This document shows, piece by piece, positions 8,849-17,336 of a stretch of 64,000 bases of DNA. How positions within the stretch are numbered: position 1 is the stretch's first letter; every line of letters begins with the position of its first letter. Under the pieces are notes generated by a model, which was not told the origin of the DNA, did not search any database, and saw only the letters and a program-made list of their open reading frames with translations. This DNA is from an uncultured Acidobacteriaceae bacterium (GTDB taxonomy: Bacteria; Acidobacteriota; Terriglobia; Terriglobales; Acidobacteriaceae). Made by a program: the position numbers and the translations under genes. The stretch spans positions 1,438,235-1,502,234 of the forward strand of contig CAWJSL010000003.1 in NCBI GenBank assembly GCA_963845585.1. The letters run 5' to 3'.

Positions 8849-10594
8849 TTATCTCAAACCGTTCGCCTGTGGTTGGCAGAGAACTTCCGACAGGACCTCC
8901 GGAGAAATCGCCTGCACCAGCCGGCGTGCGGTGTCCGAGCCGGGCATCACCGCGCACAACATATCCGGGATGCGCAGCAGTTCATCCGGAGATTCGAGCA
9001 TCCGTCCCACGCCGAAGCGCACGTATTGGGGAGCATATCCGGCGTAGGCGTGTCGCAACCATCCGCACAGCAAAACGGGGATTCCGACCGATGCACATTC
9101 GAAAGCCACTGTCGATTCGACCGTCACCGCGCACCATGTCTTCTGCAAAATCTCGCGAGACAGTGGCGCGTCCGTCACGCTCACCAATTTCCGGTCGTCT
9201 TCGCTCAAGGTCCGTGCCACTAACCTCCGCCGCTGCCGGGCGCTCTCAAACGGATGCAGCTTCAAAACCACGGTCTTGCCCGATCCGCGGGCAGCCGCAC
9301 AAAGGAGCGGCAACACCTCGCGATAAATCGCCTCCACCCGCCAGAAATCCGTTTCATTCGGCTCGGTGAAAAACGTGATCCAGGGAGCACGCTCACTCCA
9401 GACTGAAGCGTTCTCACGCGGTGGCGACGCCGCCGCGCCGATCCGAATCCGGCGGGCATCGATTCCGCAGATGCGTTCCAGATAGTCACTCTCCATCTCA
9501 CCTTTGGCCAGATAATTCGAAAACCGCGGATTCTTGTATGCCATGCGGCAATCGAGCGCTCCGTGATGGCACGCGACTGCCGGAATTGCCCGCTGCTCGG
9601 CTAGCAGCAGAGGAATCCGCGTATATGGATTCGAATCGTCGCAGCTCAGGCAGCCCACCACCGGGCGCGTCTCAAAAACCCGGAGCCAGGCATCGCGCAC
9701 CGTAAGTCCCCAGCGCAACCAGCGCGGCCCTTTTTTCAAGATCCCGAGCTGAACTGGCAACCTGAATGCCGGATGTTCCCGGAGCGCCCGCTCCATCTGC
9801 GTCCAGCAGGCTTCCAGTTCTTGCAATTCATTCCTGTCGCACTTCTTCGTCGCGAAACTTGCCAGACGCGCCGTCTGCACATTTGGCGGAACGGGTGAGA
9901 CGGCTCCGGACTCGCGGGCGAGAACCAGGAGAAATTTCCGATCGCGCAAAATTCCAGCGTAACTGAACGCGGTTTTCGTGACGTTCGAATAGGCCGACGG
10001 AAGCAGCACAACCGGTTCCGACTGCACCGACGACTGCGCCGGTGATCTCGCCAGCTTCCTTCGCCAGACGTAGTGCGGATCGTACTTGTCGTAAACCACT
10101 TGCAGCAATTGCTCAAAGCTCAGGTTCGCCGCTGCTGCGACACTCCGACGCAAAATGCTGGGCACCAGACGCTTCCGCAGTCCCCGGTGCAGCACTTGCA
10201 GCAGCATTCCCAACTGCAGTCGCAAAACTTCCGCCGTCACCGACGGGCGGCTTACAACCAGCGTGCAACATCCTTTGAGCTTCTCGGCCAGCCGAAGCGC
10301 GAGCCGCACGTCCTGCAATTCCGGCTGCAGCATCACACTGATCACGTCCCACCAGTCGATGCCAAAGCGGTCCACAACGCGTCCCATGCCCGGTTCAAAC
10401 AGGTGACGCCAAACCTGCATGTCCTCAACTTCGACGGCCAGATCGAAAACGCTGGAGACCGGACAACCCAGCGCGGCACTCCGTTCGTCATAAAAAGATT
10501 TTGGGGCTCGTCCCAGGTCGATCACCGAATCCCAATGCTGATGCGTCCACGAACCGTGGAAGTCATCGCCGGGATGTAAGAGGAGAACTCGCAT
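8849..10594 (-). CDS. Large conserved hypothetical protein, candidate capsule-type (HP-motif) glycosyltransferase
   Basis: 581 aa, soluble-looking, immediately downstream of pseI in the same operon. Motif VVLKLHPFES resembles the HP motif of KpsC/KpsS-like and sialyltransferase-like enzymes. Function is inferred only. Confidence 0.55.
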   Translation of the reverse strand: MRVLLLHPGDDFHGSWTHQHWDSVIDLGRAPKSFYDERSAALGCPVSSVFDLAVEVEDMQVWRHLFEPGMGRVVDRFGIDWWDVISVMLQPELQDVRLALRLAEKLKGCCTLVVSRPSVTAEVLRLQLGMLLQVLHRGLRKRLVPSILRRSVAAAANLSFEQLLQVVYDKYDPHYVWRRKLARSPAQSSVQSEPVVLLPSAYSNVTKTAFSYAGILRDRKFLLVLARESGAVSPVPPNVQTARLASFATKKCDRNELQELEACWTQMERALREHPAFRLPVQLGILKKGPRWLRWGLTVRDAWLRVFETRPVVGCLSCDDSNPYTRIPLLLAEQRAIPAVACHHGALDCRMAYKNPRFSNYLAKGEMESDYLERICGIDARRIRIGAAASPPRENASVWSERAPWITFFTEPNETDFWRVEAIYREVLPLLCAAARGSGKTVVLKLHPFESARQRRRLVARTLSEDDRKLVSVTDAPLSREILQKTWCAVTVESTVAFECASVGIPVLLCGWLRHAYAGYAPQYVRFGVGRMLESPDELLRIPDMLCAVMPGSDTARRLVQAISPEVLSEVLCQPQANGLR

Positions 10595-10600
10595 AAAGGC

Positions 10601-10732
10601 AGGTCTCAGGTCGCAGGTCTTAGGTCTTAGGTCTCAGGTCCCAGGTCTCAGGCGCCAGTTCCTAAATCCCAGTCTTAGGCATCAGGGATTTGTGAATTTC
10701 CTGAGACCTAAGACCTGAGACCTGAGACCTGA
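10601..10732. repeat. Tandem-heptamer inverted-arm element (AGGTCTY x7.5 / CCTRAGA x4.5)
   Basis: - Left arm 10601-10652: aggtctc aggtcgc aggtctt aggtctt aggtctc aggtccc aggtctc agg.
- Right arm 10700-10732: cctgaga cctaaga cctgaga cctgaga cctga, the reverse complement.
- The central spacer has its own small hairpin (aaatccc...gggattt).
- The right arm overlaps the last codons and stop of pseI. Confidence 0.9.
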
Positions 10733-11793
10733 TCCACCAGCTCCCAACTCAGCGGCGTTCCCCGCTCCACATCGCGGGCCGCGCGTTTTCCCAGAACTTC
10801 GTTGAGGTGCCGGGGGTGCAATCCGTCCGCTGGACGAATCGAACGCACGTTCTGTTTCGTAAACAGCTCGCCCTTTTTTATATCCTCGACCACAAACAGC
10901 GAGCGCCGAAACTTGCAGCTGTTGGCCTCGCGCGGTCCGGAAGCAAACTGAACCGCGCCGAGAGCTTTCTCGGCCGTGCGCACCGCCTCCACCATTGTCT
11001 TGAATTCCTCGGGTTCGAGTGAGAACGCGCCGTCCGGCCCCCCATCCGCCCGTCGCAGACAAAGATGTTTCTCAATGATGCGCGCTCCCAGCGCCACCGC
11101 GACAACTGGAACCGCGATGCCCATCGTGTGATCGGAAAGTCCCACCGGGCAATCAAAACGGCGCGCCAGTTCCGGAATCGTGCGCAGGTTCGCTTCCTCC
11201 GGCGGCGCCGGGTAGGCGCTCGTACACTTCAGGAGCGCAATCTGAGCCGGCCCATTCCCGGGCGCGGCCCCGCGCGCCGCCTCGACCGCTTCCGAGATTT
11301 CGTCTGCGCTGGCCATGCCCGTGGACATAATCAGCGGCTTCCCAGTGCGAGCCATCTTCTCGATCAGGCCGATGTCCACCAGTTCAAACGACGCCACCTT
11401 GTGCGCGGGAACGTTCATCTGTTCCAGAAAATCGACGGCGCTATCGTCGAAGGCGCTCGAAAATAGTTGCATCCCCAGTTCGTCCGCAATCTCTTTGAGC
11501 TTCGGCTGCCACTCCCACGGCGTGAATGCCTCCTGGTAGAGGTCGTGAAGAATGCGGCCATCCCACAGCGTGCCGCCCGCAATGCGAAAACACTCTTTGT
11601 CGCTGCGCAGCGTGATTGTGTCCGCCGTGTAGGTCTGGAGCTTGACCGCATCCGCGCCGGCTTCCTTCGCGGCGCGAAGAATCCGAACCGCCTGATCGAA
11701 ATTCTGTTTGTGATTGGCGGAAAGCTCGGCCACAACATAAGTGGGCGCACCCGATCCGATCATCCGGTTGCCGATGTAAAAGCGGCCTTCCAT
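10708..11793 (-). CDS. pseI: Pseudaminic acid synthase (NeuB family with C-terminal SAF domain)
   Basis: 361 aa. PTYVVAELSANHKQNFDQAVRILRAAKEAGADAVKLQTY is a NeuB/PseI N-terminus. Context includes pseB/C/F/G/H. Confidence 0.88.
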   Translation of the reverse strand: MEGRFYIGNRMIGSGAPTYVVAELSANHKQNFDQAVRILRAAKEAGADAVKLQTYTADTITLRSDKECFRIAGGTLWDGRILHDLYQEAFTPWEWQPKLKEIADELGMQLFSSAFDDSAVDFLEQMNVPAHKVASFELVDIGLIEKMARTGKPLIMSTGMASADEISEAVEAARGAAPGNGPAQIALLKCTSAYPAPPEEANLRTIPELARRFDCPVGLSDHTMGIAVPVVAVALGARIIEKHLCLRRADGGPDGAFSLEPEEFKTMVEAVRTAEKALGAVQFASGPREANSCKFRRSLFVVEDIKKGELFTKQNVRSIRPADGLHPRHLNEVLGKRAARDVERGTPLSWELVDQVSGLRS

Positions 11794-12545
11794 CAGGAAC
11801 CCACCTTTTCGTTCAAATGCAGCGCAACTTCCTCGGGAGCGAATGGCGTGCGCCGTCCACTGCGAATGATGGCCAGCGCATTCTCTCCTTCGTTCAACAG
11901 CAGGTCGAGTGCGCTGGCATGCGACTGGAATGGAGGAAAGAGCTGGCGGTACGCAGGGTGCTCGTAATGCTGGAAGACTACATTGACACCGCGGCCAGTC
12001 ATGACTGGCAACTCGCTCAGCAGATAGTCGGCCGATCCCAGCGGCGAAACGTAAGTTGTCGCCCCTGACAAACTACAGATCTCCGCCAGCAGATGAGTGC
12101 GCTTGCCATCAACCGCAAGCTCGGAAGACCTTGCAATTCGTGTCTTGATCCCCAGCGCCTCCGCCAACCAGCGGAGCAGACTGATCGTCAACTCGGCAAG
12201 GCGAAGGCCAGACGATGCCGACGGCAGCAATTTACTCAATGCCGGATAATAATCGTCGAAGAACGGAGCACGACGATAATTCAACTCCACGGAGCGCAAG
12301 TGATCGTGCCAGAATTCCGCTTCCCGAATCTCCACGTCCACAATGCGCTGGCCCAGTCGCCCTCGTGACACGACGGGCACGGTGAGCCACAGCAGGCCGG
12401 TCGGAGTCTTAATCCGGTTTCGCTGCTGCCACGACTTCTTCTCAAACTGCACCGTGTCCAGCAGCACGAACTTGTCCACCTGGTCGAGCAGATCGAAATA
12501 GCCCACCCAGGGCAGATACGTCGGCTGCGCAATCGCGATTTTCAC
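11793..12545 (-). CDS. WbqC-like family protein
   Basis: VKIAIAQPTYLPWVGYFDLLDQVDKFVLLDTVQFEKKSWQQRNRIKT is the characteristic WbqC N-terminus. The GTG start at 12545 overlaps the pseH stop (GTGA). The maximal ORF to 12698 would overlap pseH. Confidence 0.8.
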   Translation of the reverse strand: MKIAIAQPTYLPWVGYFDLLDQVDKFVLLDTVQFEKKSWQQRNRIKTPTGLLWLTVPVVSRGRLGQRIVDVEIREAEFWHDHLRSVELNYRRAPFFDDYYPALSKLLPSASSGLRLAELTISLLRWLAEALGIKTRIARSSELAVDGKRTHLLAEICSLSGATTYVSPLGSADYLLSELPVMTGRGVNVVFQHYEHPAYRQLFPPFQSHASALDLLLNEGENALAIIRSGRRTPFAPEEVALHLNEKVGS

Positions 12546-12997
12546 AGGTTGCTCCCGGACAGCACATAGCGATCCGCTACTTTCTGAAATCCGAGAGACC
12601 CCCACAGCGCCGCCGCTGCCACCCGCCCTTCGGCCACTTCGAGTTGTATCTTGGATGGGGCATGTGCCCGCAGTTCGCGGATCGCTTCGAGGGCGCACGC
12701 TTTGGCAACGCCGCGCCGGCGAAACTCCGGCAGAACGTAGAGTTCGTAGATAGCTCCCGTCATCCGCGGAAGGAACCGGTGCTTCTCCAGCCCGAACAGA
12801 ATGAAGCCTGCCCTTTTCTCATCGCAAACAATCCAGCGCAAAAAGTACTGCGGGTTGGAAACAATATTCTGAAAGTATTGCTCTTTCCAATCGTTCTGCG
12901 GAACAAACCCAGGATTCAATTCGGAGAAATATTCAATCGCCATGCGCTGAAACTCTTCCCGGTCGGACGCTGCGATTGGAACCGTGCCATTCATCAA
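12542..12997 (-). CDS. pseH: GNAT N-acetyltransferase, probable PseH
   Basis: 151 aa with GNAT motif A (LYVLPEFRRRGVAKACALEAI). ATGA overlap with pseG. Position between pseG and pseI. Confidence 0.7.
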   Translation of the reverse strand: MMNGTVPIAASDREEFQRMAIEYFSELNPGFVPQNDWKEQYFQNIVSNPQYFLRWIVCDEKRAGFILFGLEKHRFLPRMTGAIYELYVLPEFRRRGVAKACALEAIRELRAHAPSKIQLEVAEGRVAAAALWGSLGFQKVADRYVLSGSNL

Positions 12998-14022
12998 TGC
13001 GCTCCCGAGCGTTGCATCGCTTCGACAACCCGTGCCGCTCCCAAGCCGTCGACCAGCGTGCGGCCCAGGTTTCTCATGCGCTCACGCACGCTGTGCGAAG
13101 CGGCCAACTCTTTCACCGAAGCCAGAAGCTTGGCCCCATCAAAGTGGCGAGTCTCACCCAGGTCCACCACTACTCCGCGCTGCGACAAGGCCCGTATTAT
13201 GTGCGCTCCCATAACATTTCTAGAATAGCTCAATACCGCGCAACCAATAGAAAGCAGCTCCCACAGCGTTCCACCCGCGACGACGATCGCCTGGTCGGAG
13301 TCCTTCATGAACTGCGCCATGTTTGGCGGGTTGAATACGACTCGGAGATTGCCCGCCTTCAGCTTTCGCAGCTCATCTGCCTTGTCGTAGCCCGCTCCCG
13401 CGATCACCGTAACTTCAAGATCGGAGCAGTGCGCCAGAGCGTTCGCGATTTCCGGCGTCAGGTTCTCCGGATCGCTTCCGCCGAGGGTTACGAGAATCCT
13501 GTCGCCCGTTTGGCGAATCTCCTTTTTCTCGCTTTCCTGCCTGAACTCGCGGCGCAGCAAAACGTAAGACGGGCCCATCAACAGTCGTGCGGTGGCGCCT
13601 CGTTTTCGATACGGCTCTTCATCGTCAAGATCCGGATTCACGATCAGATCGGCGGGAAAAGATTCCCGGTTAGCGAAATCGTCGATCAGCAGCACTCGAA
13701 AGCCTGCGGCGCGAACCGTCTCCAGAAAATCGCTGCCGAAGCGATCGCCGTCGATCGCGACCCAATCGGCGCTCAGCCGGTGAGCCAGGGCAACCGTCTT
13801 AGCAGCGTCCTCGGGACCGCCGGGAGTAGCATGAATCCGGCTCAGTGAGACCCCTTCCGCAGCCACACGCGGCGCAAGCCCATCCGGCAGCTCTGCCACG
13901 GCAAGACTTACCGTACCGCCGGCGTCCTGCCAGGTCTGGGCCAGGGCCAGGCAGCGCATCACATGTCCCGTTCCTATCGCGAGACTGGCATCGGCTCGAA
14001 TCAGAAGTACGCCTGGTTTCAT
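12994..14022 (-). CDS. pseG: UDP-2,4-diacetamido-2,4,6-trideoxy-beta-L-altropyranose hydrolase
   Basis: N-terminus LLIRADASLAIGTGHVMRCLALAQTW is typical of PseG. 342 aa, GT-B-like. Confidence 0.85.
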   Translation of the reverse strand: MKPGVLLIRADASLAIGTGHVMRCLALAQTWQDAGGTVSLAVAELPDGLAPRVAAEGVSLSRIHATPGGPEDAAKTVALAHRLSADWVAIDGDRFGSDFLETVRAAGFRVLLIDDFANRESFPADLIVNPDLDDEEPYRKRGATARLLMGPSYVLLRREFRQESEKKEIRQTGDRILVTLGGSDPENLTPEIANALAHCSDLEVTVIAGAGYDKADELRKLKAGNLRVVFNPPNMAQFMKDSDQAIVVAGGTLWELLSIGCAVLSYSRNVMGAHIIRALSQRGVVVDLGETRHFDGAKLLASVKELAASHSVRERMRNLGRTLVDGLGAARVVEAMQRSGAH

Positions 14023-14027
14023 CGCTT

Positions 14028-14759
14028 CTAACCTTCGCGCAGAGTCTTCTGATGCACATGGGAATTCAGAGCGGCGATTTTGGGTTGGGCTTCCATAAAG
14101 TCCAGCACCTCGATCCAGCGGATGCTGTCGCGGTTCCCGAAGTGCTTATAAACCGCGCGTATCATTTCCAAATCCTCGGCCGTGTCCAGAGTCCAGCGAT
14201 ACTTGCTGTGATCCACTTCTCCCGCGATCGAAATCACTTTGAACAATTCAGGGTTCTCGTACAAGTAGGGCGTAACGTGTTCCCGTTGATACTCTTCTTT
14301 GGCGGCGCTCCAGGCGCGCGCCAGGGCGTCTGCGGTAAACACTTCAACATCCAAGCCGCGCGGGTAAGTCAAGACCAATGCATTGCTCGCGTAGTCGGCT
14401 TTCTGGTCGCGACTGGAGCGAATTGCGGCATCGATCAGTTCCGGGTCGATCAGGGGGCAGTCCGCCGTGATCCGTACGATCGCGTCGGCTGCGAATTTCT
14501 GCGCTGCGCGGTAATAGCGATCGAGAACGTCCGCCTCGTCACCGCGGAAACAGGCAACTTTCAGACTTTCGCACTCCCGGGCGATCGCATCGTCCGCGGG
14601 AAGGACAGAGGTGGCCACGACGACTTCGTCCAGCAGTGTCGCGCGCCGCGTGCGATTCACGACCCTCGCCAGAACCGATTCGCCGCCCAGGTCCTTGAGC
14701 ACCTTCCCCGGCAGACGCGTGCTGCCCATGCGCGCCTGAATAATGGCAACGACCCTCAT
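14028..14759 (-). CDS. pseF: Cytidylyltransferase (SpsF/PseF type), CMP-pseudaminic acid synthetase candidate
   Basis: MRVVAIIQARMGSTRLPGKVLKDLGG is a CTP_transf_3 N-terminus. 243 aa. Confidence 0.78.
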   Translation of the reverse strand: MRVVAIIQARMGSTRLPGKVLKDLGGESVLARVVNRTRRATLLDEVVVATSVLPADDAIARECESLKVACFRGDEADVLDRYYRAAQKFAADAIVRITADCPLIDPELIDAAIRSSRDQKADYASNALVLTYPRGLDVEVFTADALARAWSAAKEEYQREHVTPYLYENPELFKVISIAGEVDHSKYRWTLDTAEDLEMIRAVYKHFGNRDSIRWIEVLDFMEAQPKIAALNSHVHQKTLREG

Positions 14760-14814
14760 GCCTCTTCCCGCCTGGATTGTCCAATGCGCATACGGGCACT
14801 GCCCCTGATGGATC

Positions 14815-16047
14815 TCATGCCTTTCCGTAGTGGTCGACGATCTTGGTCACGGCGTGAATCACATCTTCCACATCCTGCGCCGTCATCGCATGAAACATCG
14901 GCAGGCTGATCAGCCGCTCATAAGCCTCTTCGGCGACCGGATAGCCTTCCTTCGACTTAAAGCGCTCGCGGTAGTACGGATGCGTATGTACCGGAATGTA
15001 GTGAACATTCACGCCGATATTCTCCGCCCGCAGCGCCCGAAAGATCTCTCCTCGCCCCACCTTTAGCCTTTCCAGTTTCAGCCGGACCGGATATAAATGC
15101 CACGCCGGATTCACTCGCTCGCGCACCGTGGGAGCCTCGATCGCCGAAAAAACGCCCGCCGGCAAATCCCGGAACGCCGCCGTGTAACGCGCCGCAATTT
15201 CCCGCCGTCGCGCCAGGTTCGCTTCCAGCCTTTCCAACTGCGACAGTCCCAGCGCACACGCAATATCGGTCAGCCTGTAATTGAACCCCAGCAGCACCAT
15301 CTCGTAAAACCACTGCCCCGCTTCCTGCCGCTGCCGCGCTTCGCTGCTGATGCCGTGATTGCGAAAGCGCCGCAGCGTCTCCGCCAGCCGCGCATCGTTG
15401 GTCGCAACCATGCCGCCTTCCCCGGTGGTCAGGTGCTTCACCGGATGAAAGCTGAACACAGTCATGCCGGCAATGCCACCGACGCGTTTCCCCTGGAATT
15501 CCGCGCCCAGCGCGTGGCAGGCGTCTTCGATTAGGAGAGCTTGATGGACTTGCGTCTTCGCCAGTTCCCCCAGTTCATCAAGCGCAGCGGGATGTCCCGC
15601 ATAATCGACCGCAATGATTGCCTTCGTGCACGAAGAAAGTTTCTTGGAAACTTCCTGAGGATCAAGGTTCAGCGTGTCCGCCGAGACGTCGGCGAACACC
15701 GGCGTCGCCCCCTGGTACAAAATGCAGTTGGCGGTCGCGCAGAAAGTCATCGGCGTGGTGATCGCCTCATCCCCCGGCCCCAGTCCGGCGGCAAACGCCG
15801 CGCCGTGCAACGCGGCCGTACCCGAACTGAAGCTGACCGCATGCCGCGCCCCGACCCACGCTGCAAACCGCTCTTCGAACTCCCCGATTTTCGGCCCCGT
15901 GGTCAGCCAGTCCGACTTCAAAACCTCAACCACCGCCTGAATATCTGCGTCATCCAGACTTTGCCGCCCGTACGGCAACAATTTTTCCCGCACGGGCATA
16001 CCCCCATGAATGGCGAGCGTTTCCAGCTTTGTGGGCAAGGCACTCAT
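14815..16047 (-). CDS. pseC: UDP-4-amino-4,6-dideoxy-N-acetyl-beta-L-altrosamine transaminase (DegT/DnrJ/EryC1 family)
   Basis: PLP-lysine region FSFHPVKHLTTGEGG. ATG at 16047 (MSALPTKLETLAIHGG) is preferred over TTG at 16068. Confidence 0.88.
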   Translation of the reverse strand: MSALPTKLETLAIHGGMPVREKLLPYGRQSLDDADIQAVVEVLKSDWLTTGPKIGEFEERFAAWVGARHAVSFSSGTAALHGAAFAAGLGPGDEAITTPMTFCATANCILYQGATPVFADVSADTLNLDPQEVSKKLSSCTKAIIAVDYAGHPAALDELGELAKTQVHQALLIEDACHALGAEFQGKRVGGIAGMTVFSFHPVKHLTTGEGGMVATNDARLAETLRRFRNHGISSEARQRQEAGQWFYEMVLLGFNYRLTDIACALGLSQLERLEANLARRREIAARYTAAFRDLPAGVFSAIEAPTVRERVNPAWHLYPVRLKLERLKVGRGEIFRALRAENIGVNVHYIPVHTHPYYRERFKSKEGYPVAEEAYERLISLPMFHAMTAQDVEDVIHAVTKIVDHYGKA

Positions 16048-16112
16048 GCTAGGCAGTCGGTGGTGCAAGCACGATTCGTATTCTTGCTACAGCCACAGCA
16101 CAAATTCCAAAC

Positions 16113-16199
16113 TGTCATCCTGAGCGCAGCCGAAGGGGAACGACCTATGTATTTGAATCCGCCGGAATGCATAGATCCTTCGCTGCGCTCAGGATGACA
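16113..16199. repeat. 87-bp palindromic dispersed element (GTCATCCTGAGCG-AGC-GAAGG arms)
   Basis: tgtcatcctgagcgcagccgaagg ... ccttcgctgcgctcaggatgaca. Core gacctatgtatttga...atgcatag is shared with the copy split by the IS30 at 41187/42263. Lies between pseC and pseB inside the operon. Confidence 0.9.
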
Positions 16200-16235
16200 A
16201 CATAGAAGAATCTCGCGAACTTACGGGACGCGCCA

Positions 16236-17246
16236 CTAGGCCGACGTCGGAACCGCCTCCGCAGCGCTGGTTTCAGGCGCTACCAGTTCTTCCAACTCAC
16301 GCCGAGTCAGCCAGCGTTCGTTCGTGTCGCTCGAATAACGGAATCCTTCCGGCAGCGGCTTGGCGCCGACCCAGTTTTCCGATTTCCACCACGGATGCGC
16401 CGGCTGAATCACGTACATGTCTTCAGTCTCCAGCGTTTGCCGTGACTCGTCTTCCGATACCAGCACTTCATGCAACTTCTCTCCCGGACGAATCCCGATG
16501 TACTCCACCTGGCATCCCGGAGCGACGGTCTCCGCCAGGTCCAGCAGCCGCATGCTCGGAATCTTCGGAACAAAAATCTCGCCGCCGTGCATCTGCTCCA
16601 GGCAGCGGATCACAAACTTCACGCCCTGCTCCAGCGTCAGCCAGAATCGCGTCATTCGCGGATCGGTGATCGTGATCTTCCCGCGCCGCCGCTGTTCGAG
16701 AAATATCGGGATCACGCTCCCCCGGCTGCCCACCACGTTCCCGTAGCGCGCACAACTGAAGCGCGTATTGCGAGCGCCCGCATAAGCATTCGCCTGCACA
16801 AAAACTTTTTCCGCGCACAGTTTGGTGGCGCCATACAGATTGATCGGATTCACCGCCTTGTCGGTCGAGAGCGCCAGAATGCGGCGCACGCCCTGATCAA
16901 GGGCCGCGTCAATCACGTTGCGCCCGCCCATGATATTCGTCTGGATCGCTTCGAATGGGTTGTACTCGCAAGCCGGCACCTGCTTGAGCGCCGCCGCGTG
17001 CACCACCACCGTCACGCCCGCCAGCGCCCGCTTCAACCGCTCCACGTCGCGCACGTCTCCAATGAAAAACCGCAGGCTGGGATGATCGAATCCCGAGGTT
17101 CTCATCTCATGCTGCTTCAACTCGTCCCGGCTGAAGACCACCAACCGTTGCGGATGGTAGTCGCGCAGCATGATCTCCACAAACTTCTTCCCGAACGATC
17201 CTGTTCCGCCCGTGACCAGTATCAATTCCTGCGGCCAATTCACCAT
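16236..17246 (-). CDS. pseB: UDP-N-acetylglucosamine 4,6-dehydratase (inverting)
   Basis: ILVTGGTGSFGKKFV Rossmann motif. FFIGDVRD and the overall CapD/FlaA1/PseB-like sequence. First gene of the minus-strand block. Confidence 0.88.
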   Translation of the reverse strand: MVNWPQELILVTGGTGSFGKKFVEIMLRDYHPQRLVVFSRDELKQHEMRTSGFDHPSLRFFIGDVRDVERLKRALAGVTVVVHAAALKQVPACEYNPFEAIQTNIMGGRNVIDAALDQGVRRILALSTDKAVNPINLYGATKLCAEKVFVQANAYAGARNTRFSCARYGNVVGSRGSVIPIFLEQRRRGKITITDPRMTRFWLTLEQGVKFVIRCLEQMHGGEIFVPKIPSMRLLDLAETVAPGCQVEYIGIRPGEKLHEVLVSEDESRQTLETEDMYVIQPAHPWWKSENWVGAKPLPEGFRYSSDTNERWLTRRELEELVAPETSAAEAVPTSA

Positions 17247-17302
17247 TCGTGTCCCTTCGAACCCTCTTCTGCCGGTTAAGCGTCCAAGAAAAACGCAGGC
17301 CT

Positions 17303-17336
17303 CGTATCAGGACATCGCTTCAGCGATGCCGGATGC
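17303..17336 (+). repeat. TTCAG-loop hairpin element (REP-like family member)
   Basis: cgtatcaggacatcgcttcagcgatgccggatgc. Same flank (cgtatcagg) and loop (cttcag) as the copies at 26076 and 28124, but with a different, self-complementary stem. Confidence 0.75.

Noticed and set aside
7230-8957. Using the maximal 575-aa ORF for the flippase.
   Set aside because: The first 76 codons are non-hydrophobic (Arg/Gly/Ser-rich) and overlap the 3' end of the upstream gene by 109 nt. The internal ATG at 8729 starts directly at the conserved membrane domain.
10601-10732. Possibility that the short direct repeats (here and at 24642, 37151, 40749, 44304) are CRISPR arrays.
   Set aside because: The units are 7 nt, directly abutting, with no spacers. 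The arrays are under 60 nt, and no cas genes are in the window. The architecture is tandem microsatellite arms, not repeat-spacer.
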